A DNA stretch of 64,000 nucleotides from Neoconidiobolus thromboides FSU 785 (lineage: Eukaryota; Fungi; Entomophthoromycota), in contig MU626370.1 in NCBI GenBank assembly GCA_025603075.1, forward strand, positions 6,034 to 70,033, read 5' to 3'. Positions 35,586-47,733 of the stretch are shown here, in pieces. The translations under genes and the position numbers were made by a program. Position 1 is the first letter of the stretch, and every line of letters starts with the position of its first letter. Below the pieces are notes generated by a model. The model saw only the letters and a program-made list of their open reading frames with translations, did not search any database and was not told the origin of the DNA.

Positions 35586-38462
35586 TCACATCAGTGAGCA
35601 ATCTTTTTTCTCCTTTTTTTCTTTTTTCTCCTTCTTGGAGTCCGAGTTATTTGAAGAATATGTGAAATTTGTGTCGCCATAGTTTGTGCTTGCTAATTTA
35701 GAATTATATCCGTTTACACTTCCATTATAAGTTTGGGTATGAACGGATCCTGGTTGTGAATGTATAAGGTTTTGATACCCCTGTGTTTGAGACTTATTAC
35801 GTGATTTTTCCATTCGCTCTTTTAATTCTTCTAACCTCTTTTTAGCTGGGTCAAACCCTTGATTAGCAGCAGATTCATAACAGCGCATTGCAGCCTGCAT
35901 ATCTTTATAAAATACACCTTCCCCCCTTTCGTGGCATGCCCCTAAGTTAAACATAGCAAATGGAGATCCAAGGTCAGCAGCTTTAGTATACCATTCAACT
36001 GCAGAAAATGAGTCTTGTGCAACCCCTCGACCTGTTTGATAGCATTGGGCTAGATTAGTCATTGCAGAAGCATTATTTTGCTTCGCCGCCATTAAATAAT
36101 ATTCAAATGCTTTTTCAGGGTTTATTTCAACACCTTTACCAGCGGAATAGCAAGTTCCTACATTCGATTGTGCATCTGGGTTACCTTTATCTGCTAGTTT
36201 CAAATAACATTTAAAGCTTTCTTGTTCTGAGGGTTGAACGCCCAAACCATCACGATAGCACGAAGCTAAAGCTAATGTAGCTTGTGAATGCCCTTCTTCG
36301 GAGGCATGATAAAACCATCTAAAGGCTTGTATATGATCTGCTTGAACTCCGTTTCCGTTAAAATAACATGATGCCAACATATACATACCTTCGGATTGTC
36401 CAGATTCGGCAGCAAGTTTTGAATAATGGTAACCAAGGTCATTGTTTACACTGGTTCCTTGGCCTTTAAGAAAACACTGAGCCAATGCACATTGAGCACG
36501 TGCGTTACCCTGATCAGCTGCTCTTCTAAACCATTCAAGTGCTTGATTAGAATCCTTTTCTACACCATGGCCCATGAAAAATGAAATAGCAACTGACCTT
36601 TGTGCTCCTGGATGTCCTTGTTCAGCTGCTTTACGGAACCATTTATAAGCTTCTTCATAAGATTGTTTAACTCCCCTACCGTTTGCATAACATTCACCAA
36701 GATTGTGTTGTGCAGCTGGATTGTCCTGCATGGCTGCCTTTTTAAACCATCCAGCAGCCTCTTGTCTATCTTTAGGTGCTCCAAGGCCAAAGTAATAACA
36801 TGAACCAACATTATTTTGAGCACGAGCATGACCCTGGAAAGCTGCTTTACGGAACCATTTAAGGGCTTCCTCATCATCTGGCAATAAACCTATACCATGT
36901 TTATACATAATACCAAGAGAAAATTGGGCATCACTATGTCCCTTTTCTGCGGCCTTTAAATATAATTCATGGGCCTTGGTATATTCTTTATCTACACCTT
37001 CACCGTTATAATAATGGTATCCAAGTAAGTAAAGTGCTTGAGGGAACTCTTTTTCAGCGGATGCTTTCAAATAAGAAATGGCTTTCGAGATATCTACAGG
37101 TACCCCCAACCCAAGAGCATAACATTCTCCAAGAGAACATTGGGCGGCTGGGGAGCCTAAACGGGCAGCTTTGTTAAATAAAGCCAATGCCCTTGAATTA
37201 TCCGGATCTTCAACTCCATAGCCAAACCTATACATAATACCTAAGCGAGTAATGCCCTCAAGGTTACCTAGATTTGCAGCCTTTTGATAATAGTTTAAAG
37301 AAGCACGATAATTTCTACTTAAGCGTGCACCTTCGAAATATAAAGTCCCAACGGCCATATAAAAATCACCCAAATCATCGTCAGGATCCTTCTTCACAAT
37401 AGCAAATAAATCATCCTTAACCCCTTCATTTTCTTTATCCTTTTCAAAATGAGTTAATAACACTTCAAATTTATTTTCATCAATTGGACCAAACATGCCG
37501 GTTTTAGTGTTTAGTGAAGTGGGCTCATAAAATTTAGTCCCAAAAATAGTTCCAAGATCTTGTGCATCAGCTGCATGAATGTTTGTTTCATATAGCCCCA
37601 TTGAGCGCTTAAGAAGTAGTCCAATTTCATCAGCATAGGGTCTCATCACTGGATCTGGGTGTTGACATCTACGCATTAAACTTTCATAATTTGGGGGAGT
37701 TGTTGGTGGAACATCTTCAATTATACCTTCTTGCTTATAAAATCCAATTTTAGAAACATCGGCCGCTTTTTGGTAAGGCCTCATACATGCACTAATTTCC
37801 CACATAACTACCCCCAATGCATAGACATCGGTTTTTTTACTTGGTTCTACACCAAATTTTTGAAAAATTTCTGGAGCCATCCATAAAGGGGATCCAGCAC
37901 CCATAAAAGTGAGTCCTTGTGTCATGCCTATATCTTTCTCAACACGACAAACACCAAAATCGGCAATCTTCGCTCTTAAATTTTCGCCATCAATTTCAAC
38001 TAACACATTATCTGATTTTATATCACGATGAATAATGTTTTTAGCATGAATAAAGTCCAATCCAAGCGCTATTTCCATTGTTAATTTTTGACGAGTAGCC
38101 CAGTTGTACTTATGAAAGTCGTTTTGAATTAATTTAGCCAAATCTTTACCATTAACATATTCCATTAATAAACAGGTACGGTTTTTATCATCAATACAGG
38201 TACCTACAAATTGAACAATATAAGGCGAATGTCCCAAAGTGGCTAAAGTTTTTGCTTCAAGTTTTAATGAAGCTACTATCTTTTTCATTTTATTGACATT
38301 ATCTCCATTCATATTTAATTGTTTCATAGCACATATCATACCAGCATATTTTACTAGGTAAACCGATCCGAAGGCACCTTTCCCTAACTCCCTTTCTTTT
38401 GTTACAAGGTTAAAATCAATGGTTTCATGAAACTTTGCAGCTGTTGCTTGCATAGCTTGCAT
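35586..38462 (-). CDS. TKL-type protein kinase + 14 SEL1-like repeats + polybasic tail + CaaX (CSLM), paralogue 3
   Basis: GKGAFGSV, AMK, HRDIKSDN, DFG, WMAPE; 14 SEL1 repeats; ends KKEKKEKKEKKDCSLM*. Confidence 0.93.
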   Translation of the reverse strand: MQAMQATAAKFHETIDFNLVTKERELGKGAFGSVYLVKYAGMICAMKQLNMNGDNVNKMKKIVASLKLEAKTLATLGHSPYIVQFVGTCIDDKNRTCLLMEYVNGKDLAKLIQNDFHKYNWATRQKLTMEIALGLDFIHAKNIIHRDIKSDNVLVEIDGENLRAKIADFGVCRVEKDIGMTQGLTFMGAGSPLWMAPEIFQKFGVEPSKKTDVYALGVVMWEISACMRPYQKAADVSKIGFYKQEGIIEDVPPTTPPNYESLMRRCQHPDPVMRPYADEIGLLLKRSMGLYETNIHAADAQDLGTIFGTKFYEPTSLNTKTGMFGPIDENKFEVLLTHFEKDKENEGVKDDLFAIVKKDPDDDLGDFYMAVGTLYFEGARLSRNYRASLNYYQKAANLGNLEGITRLGIMYRFGYGVEDPDNSRALALFNKAARLGSPAAQCSLGECYALGLGVPVDISKAISYLKASAEKEFPQALYLLGYHYYNGEGVDKEYTKAHELYLKAAEKGHSDAQFSLGIMYKHGIGLLPDDEEALKWFRKAAFQGHARAQNNVGSCYYFGLGAPKDRQEAAGWFKKAAMQDNPAAQHNLGECYANGRGVKQSYEEAYKWFRKAAEQGHPGAQRSVAISFFMGHGVEKDSNQALEWFRRAADQGNARAQCALAQCFLKGQGTSVNNDLGYHYSKLAAESGQSEGMYMLASCYFNGNGVQADHIQAFRWFYHASEEGHSQATLALASCYRDGLGVQPSEQESFKCYLKLADKGNPDAQSNVGTCYSAGKGVEINPEKAFEYYLMAAKQNNASAMTNLAQCYQTGRGVAQDSFSAVEWYTKAADLGSPFAMFNLGACHERGEGVFYKDMQAAMRCYESAANQGFDPAKKRLEELKERMEKSRNKSQTQGYQNLIHSQPGSVHTQTYNGSVNGYNSKLASTNYGDTNFTYSSNNSDSKKEKKEKKEKKDCSLM

Positions 38463-39088
38463 CTCTAATAAGCTAAAGTTAGGATAAATCAGGGAATCAC
38501 TAAAGTTAATTACTTGAAGTTATTTGATATTATTTAAAGTTAATAATTAAAAAAATAAAAGTTAATTATATTTTGGCAATTTATCCATAACACATAAATA
38601 ATGGAGTTTTTAACCAATCATTATTTGCTATTTTATAGAAAGAAGTAGGGAGTTTTATCAATGTTAGAACACTATCATAGTTGAATTTTCTATTTTTAGA
38701 AAAAACGGAGCTTTATTATCATGCCCCCAAACATTTTAAAAGCTACACTAATAAAATTAAAATGTTATATTAAAAATTAAAATAACTCTTAAAAAAATAG
38801 CTTACACAATAAATACATAGTGACTTTGTAATTGTGGGTCAACTATTTATCACTTACACAGTATTGAGTCAAAAGCAACGAGGTCTATTATCCTAAAATT
38901 CTATAATTTATTCCTTATATTTGTATAAATATTTGTAGTGTATGTTAAATTTTTCAATAATAAAAATAACATTAAGACTTAATAAATTAAACACATCATT
39001 ATAATTAAAAAAGTAAAAGTGTATTAAGGCCTAAAAACAAACTGTTATAACACAAATGAGGTATTTTAAGACTTTCAACATAATATAT

Positions 39089-39186
39089 GAGGATGTATTT
39101 TTGTGTTTAAGAATTTTACTAACAAATTTTCCACTCAAATAGCGCTTAAAAAATGGAAAAATAATGAAACCAAAAAAAACAGCCCC
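39089..39186. mobile_element. MITE copy (near-consensus), TSD ATAT
   Basis: ATAT|GAGGATGTATTTTT...AAAAAAACAGCCCC|ATAT. Confidence 0.92.
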
Positions 39187-40026
39187 ATATAAAAAATAAG
39201 ACAACTGAGGGATAAAAATAAAGCTGCTAAATAATTAAAGTACTTGATGGTTTGACCATGAATTCTTATTGTGTAGCATTTAGAACCATACATATCATAG
39301 AAGTATGTTTAATTCAAAATTGTGTATCTTTTGAATAAAGCCCCATTTAATAACCTATTGGAATCATTTTTATATAGCGTTAAGTTTTTAAAATCTATTA
39401 AACCTTAAAATATTTATAAATAAGCCATTTAAAATGGCAATACATTTACTCAAACCTCTTATTAGATTTGAAGGTAAATATCAACATTTTATCTACTTTT
39501 CTATATTGACTATCCTTCTGTTTTTTAAGCTTGAAGCTAGAACAATAACTATTCGAAATAATTATAAATCCTCATGTACAGATATATTCAAAAAAAAGTC
39601 TTATATATTAATAAAGATGGAAATCGTATATATCAGTTATATACTGTTATAATAAATACATCGTTTTAATTCAAAAATGTGTCTTTTGATGCTATTCATA
39701 AAAATGTAAGGATTTTTTTTAATAATTTCGCTAATAATTTTCGAGGTTTAATTTTGAAAGCAGGCAAAATACCAGAAGGAAAAAAATACTTGTACATTTA
39801 TTAAATGTTTTGATGAATACTTTTAAAATGTATAAGCGTTAAATGGATATCAATTGAAAATCGAGTTAACATAAAAATGTCTACGATACTCTTATATTGA
39901 GTTTGGATTCATCAAGTTATTATTTTTTGATACAACAATTAGTATACCAATTTACTTCGTGTGTTTTGAGTTGTTAACTACTTTTATTTCAATGAGATAT
40001 TAAATATTTATCAAAGAACATTATTT

Positions 40027-40155
40027 GAGGATTTTTTTTAAAATTTTACTAACAATTTTTCCACTCAAACAGCACTTAAAAAATGGGTAACAATGTTTCT
40101 GCTTAAATAGTGCTTAAAAGGCGGGAAAAATAATGAAACCAAAAAAATCATCCCC
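40027..40155. mobile_element. Compound MITE with internal duplication
   Basis: GAGG start, two AAAYAGYRCTTAAAA cores, CATCCCC end. Confidence 0.75.
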
Positions 40156-40399
40156 ATATAATACCTATTTTTCCTGTTTTTATTTAATTTTTAAATTGTT
40201 AATAATTGGACTTTTATATTTTGATATAATATCAGTTTATTATAACATTATGCCAGCTTTTGAAAATTTACTTTCAGTAACGAAAAATCTATTAATACTC
40301 CCAATATTTATAAATTTAAAACAATTCGTTAATATATAAATATCGATATAGTTAGCTATAGATTATAAAAAAATTAAATTACAAGCCAAAAAAATATAT

Positions 40400-40495
40400 A
40401 GGGGTGTTTTTTCTATTTCAACATTTCTCCATTTTTAAGCGCTATTTGAGTGGAAAGATTGCTAGTAAAATTCTTAAACAAAAAAATCCATCCCT
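40400..40495. mobile_element. MITE copy, TSD ATAT, AGGG...CCCT termini
   Basis: ATAT|AGGGGTGTTTTT...AAAAAATCCATCCCT|ATAT. Confidence 0.88.
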
Positions 40496-41914
40496 ATATT
40501 ATTTCAGAGCTCTTGTATTTATTTTTAGTTGTATTACATGATTCTATCAAACATATTATTTAATTTATTGAAAATCATGCTTGGAAAAAAGCTTACTTTA
40601 AGCTCTATCTCTGGCATTACATCTAATTTTTTATTATAGGGAGAATATATATAGTTTAATTAAATATTTAAAATAGCACAAGAATAAATTTTAATAATGA
40701 AATAATAAAACGCCTGTGTTTGTTAATCTTTTTGTTATTTTATTGATTTTTTATATAGCATAGAAATTAAAAAATTTAATAGTTTCTAAATAAAAAATCC
40801 ATGTTTTTTAAAATACCTGTGAACTATGTTTATACATAATCTTAGTAAAAATACTTTACCTTAAGCAAATAATTTAATGCTCATAATTAAAGTTGTAGTT
40901 AAGCTTTTTATTTACTTACTATTTTAATGTTATCAGCTTTTAATATTTCAAAGTTTAAAGATAGTATGAAAACAATAAAACCTTTTAAATAAGCAACAAA
41001 AATATTTAAAAATATCTTGTAAAATATACTTATATAAGTTAGACTTTTATAAAATCTGTTGTTTAAGTTAAATTCTTGTTTCTTTTTAAATAAAAAACAT
41101 AACTACAAAATTTTTATATTAACGTGATGACTCAACTAATAATATTGTACTATATTAGTGATAACAAACCACTCCCTCTAGAACATAACAAATATCATAT
41201 TTAGCAAAAAAAAAACTGGAATACATCAGTTGTCTCATACTATAGATTAAAACAAAATTAGGTATACTATAATACTGTACCTACTTAAAGCCTCTGGGTA
41301 ATTCCAAGAGGCAATGTTAAAATCGACTTTGGTTGTAAAAGATGCTTAAAATGATAATATACATATATCATCTTAGTTTATTTATTTGTTAATACAATAA
41401 GTTTGATACGAAAACTGCAAAAATACAATATTTATAATGTTCTGAAGTGAGTATTATAATGTGATCAAAAGGACAACTAAATTAATCTATTTTGATAATT
41501 TAAACTAGTTTAAAGTGATTTATATTCATAATTTGATGATTACAAAAGTAACTATTAATATATTAAAATTTAATAAGCATTAAGCGCTATCAAACAAATC
41601 GCCATAATATCCATGTTTGCTATGTATTAACTGCAGCAAAATAAATCACTTGAACTATAGTTGACTAAAAGCTAAACTCAGGATAATTAATAAAAAACGA
41701 AGGAATGATAAAAAACCTACCTATACTTACCGCTTTGATGTAAAACTATTTAAACAAAGTCTATATTTAAAAGTACAAAAAAAACAATAATGGTAAATCA
41801 AAACCTTAGAATAAAATTAAAAATTGAGCTTCAGATATTAAAATAAATTGCAATATAATTTTAAACCAAGAGTAAAAGAATTATAAGTCTAAAAAATAAT
41901 AAATTTCATAAAAC

Positions 41915-42822
41915 TTAATTCCAGGGTCCAACATCAGATCTTTGACATCCTTGAGGGCATGAGCATTTACCACCAAACTCTTTAGGTAAATTTTCCAAAT
42001 CAACATCTTTTTCAAGCACAGATTTATAACTACCACCTAAAAGGTCAATCTTAGAGAGGGTGACGGGGTCTAAGAAAGGTTTGACTAAACTAAAGACTCC
42101 TCTGAATAAAAATGGGGCATTGATAATAACCATCTATGAAAAATAAGCATCAAATTATAAAAAACAAACAAAATTTTTACCTTTCCCATCATTTCTGGAT
42201 AATAATCTTGAGCAATCTTAGCAGTCTCTTTGACGAAAGGAAGTACAGTTGTTGCTTGAGATAAAGCCACATCCTTTAAATCTAAAATGGTATAACATTG
42301 TTCGATGTGTTTACCAGCCTTTTCAGAACAAGCTGGGAATTTCTTATTTTGTAAAATTTCATAACCGACGATAAAATGTTTAAGCATTAAATTTAAGGCT
42401 TTATCGTATTTTACGTTAGCATCTTTTTCATCTGGACAAAGGATATCAAACATTTTATTAACATTTACCTTACCAATTTGCTCAATATAAAGTGGTCGTC
42501 CCATCTTATCTACTTGATGATAAAATCTTGGATATATAGCCGTAACTTCTTCTTCATGAGGTAATTTATATTCTTTAACCAAATTATCAACATCCCATTC
42601 CTTTCTCCAATTTTCAAAGTTACTAAGCATCTCAAAAGCAGCGTCTAAATTAAACTTACGTGCCCTTAAAAACCTTAATAAAAAATGGTCGTCATGTCTT
42701 TCTGGATAAAAGATACCAGCTGCGGTTAAACGTTCTTTAAATTCTGCGAGAGCTTGTTCTTGGTCTCCGGTGAGGCAGCCAACTCTTCCGGTACCCGGTT
42801 TCATTTCAATTACTTTGGACAT
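41915..42822 (-). CDS. SEC14: Sec14-like phosphatidylinositol transfer protein (CRAL-TRIO), 2 exons
   Basis: DDHFLLRFLRARKFNL, YPRFYHQVDKMGRPLYIEQIG, QDYYPEMMGK, INAPFLF, NLPKEFGG. Confidence 0.93.
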
Positions 42823-44056
42823 ATTAAAGAGATAGGTTTTTTTTAGTAGTAACTGATAAACAAATTTAAGTTAAAAATGTTGTTTAGTTGTGGCTTAATA
42901 TAGTTTAAACTTGCCTTTTATTGGTTTGATTGGAACATGAATAGAATAGTATTTGTTGATATTTTATTGGTTTGATTCAGTTTAAAAATTTTAATCCTGC
43001 CAATCAAATATATTATTGTAAGTTGGTTTCTAATGCTTGTTCTTGATTGTTTCTTAATTAAACTCACCACTCTAATTAAAATTTCTATATGCAATTAATT
43101 AAAATATGGCTAACCACATATATTTAATTATTTTTACTGTTGCGAAAATTACTTTGACTCAAATGCTTACAAAATAGCTATTATAATTTATTTTATTCAT
43201 TATAAAGTATTAAGAAGCCAAAAAGTATTTGATTTGAGATGAACTTGACACTAAACTAATTTCAAATAGCACTATATAGCGTAAGCCTTATAAACATATG
43301 TTGAAAAAGTATTTTCAAACATAGTAGTTTATTTACATAACTAAAATAATTATTGTCACTAAAATTCATAAAGTAATCTTTATACTTGAATATCCAATAG
43401 TATATTTTTCCCATTAAAAGATGTCATTCTAGGTTGATTATTCTGCATTTTCGAACTTATTCAAACTACCTCCGAAATGTTACAGTATAATAGTTTAAGA
43501 ATATTAAGAACAAATTGTAAATAAAAGATATAGAATGTACAATAAATAGGCACATAGGGAAGTTAATAAGCTTTCAGTATATCTGTTTTTCAGTTAGTTT
43601 AATTTGGTTAAATCCTTTGTATAAACTCCAATTGTAGTTTTTGACATTAAAGTGGTATATAATTTGAAGATAAACTCAATTTAAAAATAAAAACAAAAAT
43701 TGATTATCTATTATATAAAAGATTACTATATTAGTTTTACTATAAGCTATTTTTAAATTACTTTGAAAAAAATTGTAGTCGACTAAAATAATAAGCTAAT
43801 ACATTTTAATAAATATCTGGTTTGGCATTTTAAAATAAAAATAAATGAGTATTACTAAAAATAAGAACTTTATCAACAAACACTTGTTAAATAATTTATG
43901 CTGTTTTATCAAAAGTTAAATAAGAAAGTATGATACTTAATACTTCTATTTGATTTGAGGTTTAAAATTATATTTCACAATTGAAAAAATCATTGAAGTT
44001 GTTATTTTATTTAATCTAAAAACCTTTCTACTATTACAAAACAAAAGTACTTTGCT

Positions 44057-44129
44057 AGCCTAATATGGGGCTCGAACCCATGACCCTGAGATTAAAAGTC
44101 TCATGCTCTACCGACTGAGCTAATCAGGC
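44057..44129 (-). tRNA. tRNA-Lys(TTT)
   Basis: Minus strand GCCTGATTAGCTCAGTCGGTAGAGCATGAGACTTTTAATCTCAGGGTCATGGGTTCGAGCCCCATATTAGGCT. Confidence 0.97.
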
Positions 44130-44626
44130 TTGTTATTGTATCACATGAAAAAAATATTTAAAGCTTCAGAAAACTTTTGTACTTATTTTTTAATGTTTTT
44201 TGCTAGTTATGAATAAATTTTTTTAATAATCCTAGCTATCTGATGGCTTCAATCTCTGGCCAATGATTGAATTTGTATCTTACTCGCCTTTATATCTTTC
44301 ATTGCTGCTCTTTGTTATTCTTTGTTTAACTCAAAGAATAGCAGACACGCTTTAAAGCCAATGGATTCTAATAATCTTTTAATTTCCACCAATTCATTCG
44401 CTCCTCACAATTTTGAGAGCCAATCAAATGTAACAATTGAAACTTGGTGATTGAATGCTTGAACTTAAACTCCAATTTTTAAAACACGAAAAAAAACACA
44501 TTGTCATTGAATTTTGAAATTCAATTTTTAAATTTAATTTTCAATATAAAAAATAAATTGAAATTGAAATTGAAACTTCATATTTCTATAACAATTACTT
44601 TTTATAAAAAAATAAAATAGGACGCG

Positions 44627-46719
44627 ATGAATCAACAGCCAATAGTACGAATAACGAATGTAGCCACTATACCAACAGATGAATTATCTCCCCCAGAATC
44701 TAATAATCAACGGTATTTAGCACCTTATCCAGCGCCTTCTCATACAGGTAAAGAAAACCCGCTACCAGAGATGACGTTATATCGAGCCAATTATTCAGGT
44801 AAAGAAGTGATGGAAATCGAAATCGATGGTATCAATTGTATGAGGCGGTTAGAAGATAGTTGGATCAATGTAACTCAGTTATTAAAAGTAGCTGGTTATG
44901 AAAAATCAAAAAGGATTAAAGTGTTAGAAAAAGAAGTATTTAATATGAAAGAACATGAAAAGGTACAAGGAGGCTATGGTAAATATCAAGGTACTTGGTA
45001 AGTCTTGAATTTATTTTAATTTATTTTGAGCTTTTATTAATCTTTCGTAGGATACCTTTTGATGTAGGAGTGCGAATAGCTAAACGACATGGAGTATATG
45101 ATAGGGTTAAATTATTATTAGATGTCGATATTAAATACGCTATGAATTTACCCGAAAAAAAATTGCCCCATGGCGCCACTGTAGCTCGAAGAAGTACTTC
45201 AGTTCATAATCCTATCACTAAAGTCATTAAAAATAAAGTGAAACCGCTACCAAGGTCAAAGAGTGATGGTAAGAGTTTAAGGGACACATTATATAAAATA
45301 AATCTTAATGCAGCTGTTAAACCAGGCAGTAATAATAATAACAGTATACAAGAAAAACAAAAAAAGATGATTCAATTAACAAAGGAGGCTCAAATGGAAA
45401 AAGTGAAAAATCTATGGTTAAGGAATTTTTTAGAGGGGGAAGGGACTGATAATTATTTACCTGATTCTCTTTTAAACACCGATACTGGCTTAGTCAATGT
45501 TCCTTTGGATACTCATGGTCATACAGCTATTCATTATGCAGCCTCAATGGGAAGATCTAAAGCATTAACACAATTAATTGCTATAGGTTATTTACCCAAT
45601 ACTATTTCTAAAACAGGCATAACTCCGTTAATGCGATGTGTTATTTATTCGCATTCTTATCAACTTAAAAATTTTGATTGGATATTAGCGGAATTAGAAT
45701 GTAGTTTATTAGTTGAAGATAATTCTCATAGAAATGTACTTCATCATTGTGTTATTGCAGGGAACCAAAGACATCATTATCAAGCTAGCTATTACTATTT
45801 AACAAAGATAGTTAGTAGTATTCGTGGGTTAGGGTCAAAGTGTCATAAAATTATAAACGGTCAAGATAGTAACCTGGATACCCCTTGTCATTTGGCTGCT
45901 AGATTAGAGTATTTTGATATGGTTAAACTATTTTATGATAATGGAGCAAATTTGCAGATTAAAAATAGTTCATTTTTATCCGTTTTGGATTATTTACCTA
46001 CACATGTAAGTTTATTATTATTATTTAAAAATGGAGATACTAATTTTTTTTAGGTTATGGAAAAATATTTCTTACAAGGCAAAGAACCTGAACAAATAAA
46101 AACTCAAGATCAAGGTCAAGATCAAATCCAAAATGAAAATCAAGAACGAGATCAAGCTCAAGCCCAAATTCAAGATCAGAAACAACCCCATAGTCAATCT
46201 TATAGTCAATCTCATAGTCAACTTCAAAGCCAAGCCCAAATTCAAAGTGAAGAACAAGAGCCATTCCAAATCGAATATACATCAGATTTACCAAGCAGGA
46301 TAGAAAGCGATGTTAGTAGTCCAGAGCAAGCTTTAAAAGAAAGGATAGCGTTGGACTCCAAGATGGATAGACGGAAAGGGGACTTAATTAGTGGTAAATT
46401 TATAAGTTATAAATCATTTTATAAAAAGTTAATGTTTTTATTGTTAGCTGTAGAATTATTTTCTAAAGAAATGAAAGAAGAACATGAATTTCAATTGCAT
46501 CAAAAGGATATACTGATTGAAGATCTAAAAAATCAATTAGAGTTAACTAATAGGAAATTAAGAAATATTACATTGGCCTATAATGCTTCGAGTGCTGTAT
46601 TAGCTATAGCTAAGAACACTCCTTCTCTTAAAAAATATTTAATTCCTCCACCTACCCCACAACATAATCCGATAAGGATAGAAAATGAATCAGATGAGTT
46701 GGAGTTTGATATGGAATGA
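44627..46719 (+). CDS. APSES/KilA-N + ankyrin transcription factor (Mbp1/Swi4/Res-like), spliced
   Basis: [35 protein letters not shown]|IPF (intron 44998-45050); ankyrin [27 protein letters not shown]; Gln-rich segment and coiled-coil C-terminus. Confidence 0.9.
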
Positions 46720-47733
46720 AGTTGTTAAGTTTACCTCATTTAAAGTAGTAGTTGAAAATTGATTTGGATTTGTATGTTTTAATAAATTAAGTTGAGTTAT
46801 TACCAATTGAAAATTTATTTATTTTTTATTTGTTTAAATCGTCTTTATTTCTTTGTTGTTAAAAATAAGTTTTAGTTGTCACTAGCATAGATAATCTTTC
46901 CTTATATATTCTCCTAAATGTTTTGCTTTCCGCCTAGGTTTCTAGTCATAGTTTAACCTATCTTTATAACTACAATTGCAACATACACAAAGCACCCCTT
47001 TAGTCTTGTTCTTTTCTGATCTAACAATCTCTTCTCTGGTTGCAAGTAACTGATTTGTAATAAGCTTATTTATTTATTGTAAAAAACTAGAGCTAGTGGG
47101 ACCTTGGGACAATTAAATAAGCTTTTTTGTCTCTGTTCCTCTACAGACCATAGACCCTGTCACTAATTCATTCAAATGCGCGTCTTTGATCTTTTCATTG
47201 CTTTGCATGTTTAGCAATTTTTTAGATCTTTTATTGAAACAAACATTGTTTGTACTTGAATTTCTAAAAAAAATTAAATAAAGAGTAAAATAAAATAGTC
47301 TTATTAAGATGTTAAAATTACTATGCTTTAAAGATTTTTACATAGCTACCTTAGTTGGTTATAGGTTATTTAGTTATTTACAATATCATTATACTAATTG
47401 GATTCAAAGTATTACTTAATTTCTTATTACTTAACAAGGTTGAAAAGAACCTTAGCTGCGGCTCAATTAATTTGATGATTTATAACATGAGCATGACTTT
47501 CAATATTTATCCTTTTGTGAACCTAAAATCCGTAAAAAACAACCTCACTTGAATTCCAAAAACAAAAAATTACTCATTTGAATTAATAATCAATTTATTT
47601 GTGAATATATTACTATTAAGAGTGAATCTTTTCATTTGAACATTTTGTCCATCTTTAAGTACCTTAAAAATTTAAGCGACTGTCGATTAACTCTATAAAT
47701 AAAAAACACTAACATTTTGAATCAATCAAATAT

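Noticed and set aside
40133-40339. ORF starting inside a MITE (likewise the first ~35 codons of 10251-10514)
   Set aside because: The start and N-terminus come from the repeat sequence.
47026-47038. CAGAGAAGATT on the minus strand resembling the U6 ACAGAGA box
   Set aside because: The flanks do not match U6 snRNA; chance 11-mer.
46880-47260. Slightly GC-richer tract with Cys-containing broken frames, possibly a TE relic
   Set aside because: I could not assemble any recognisable motif series.
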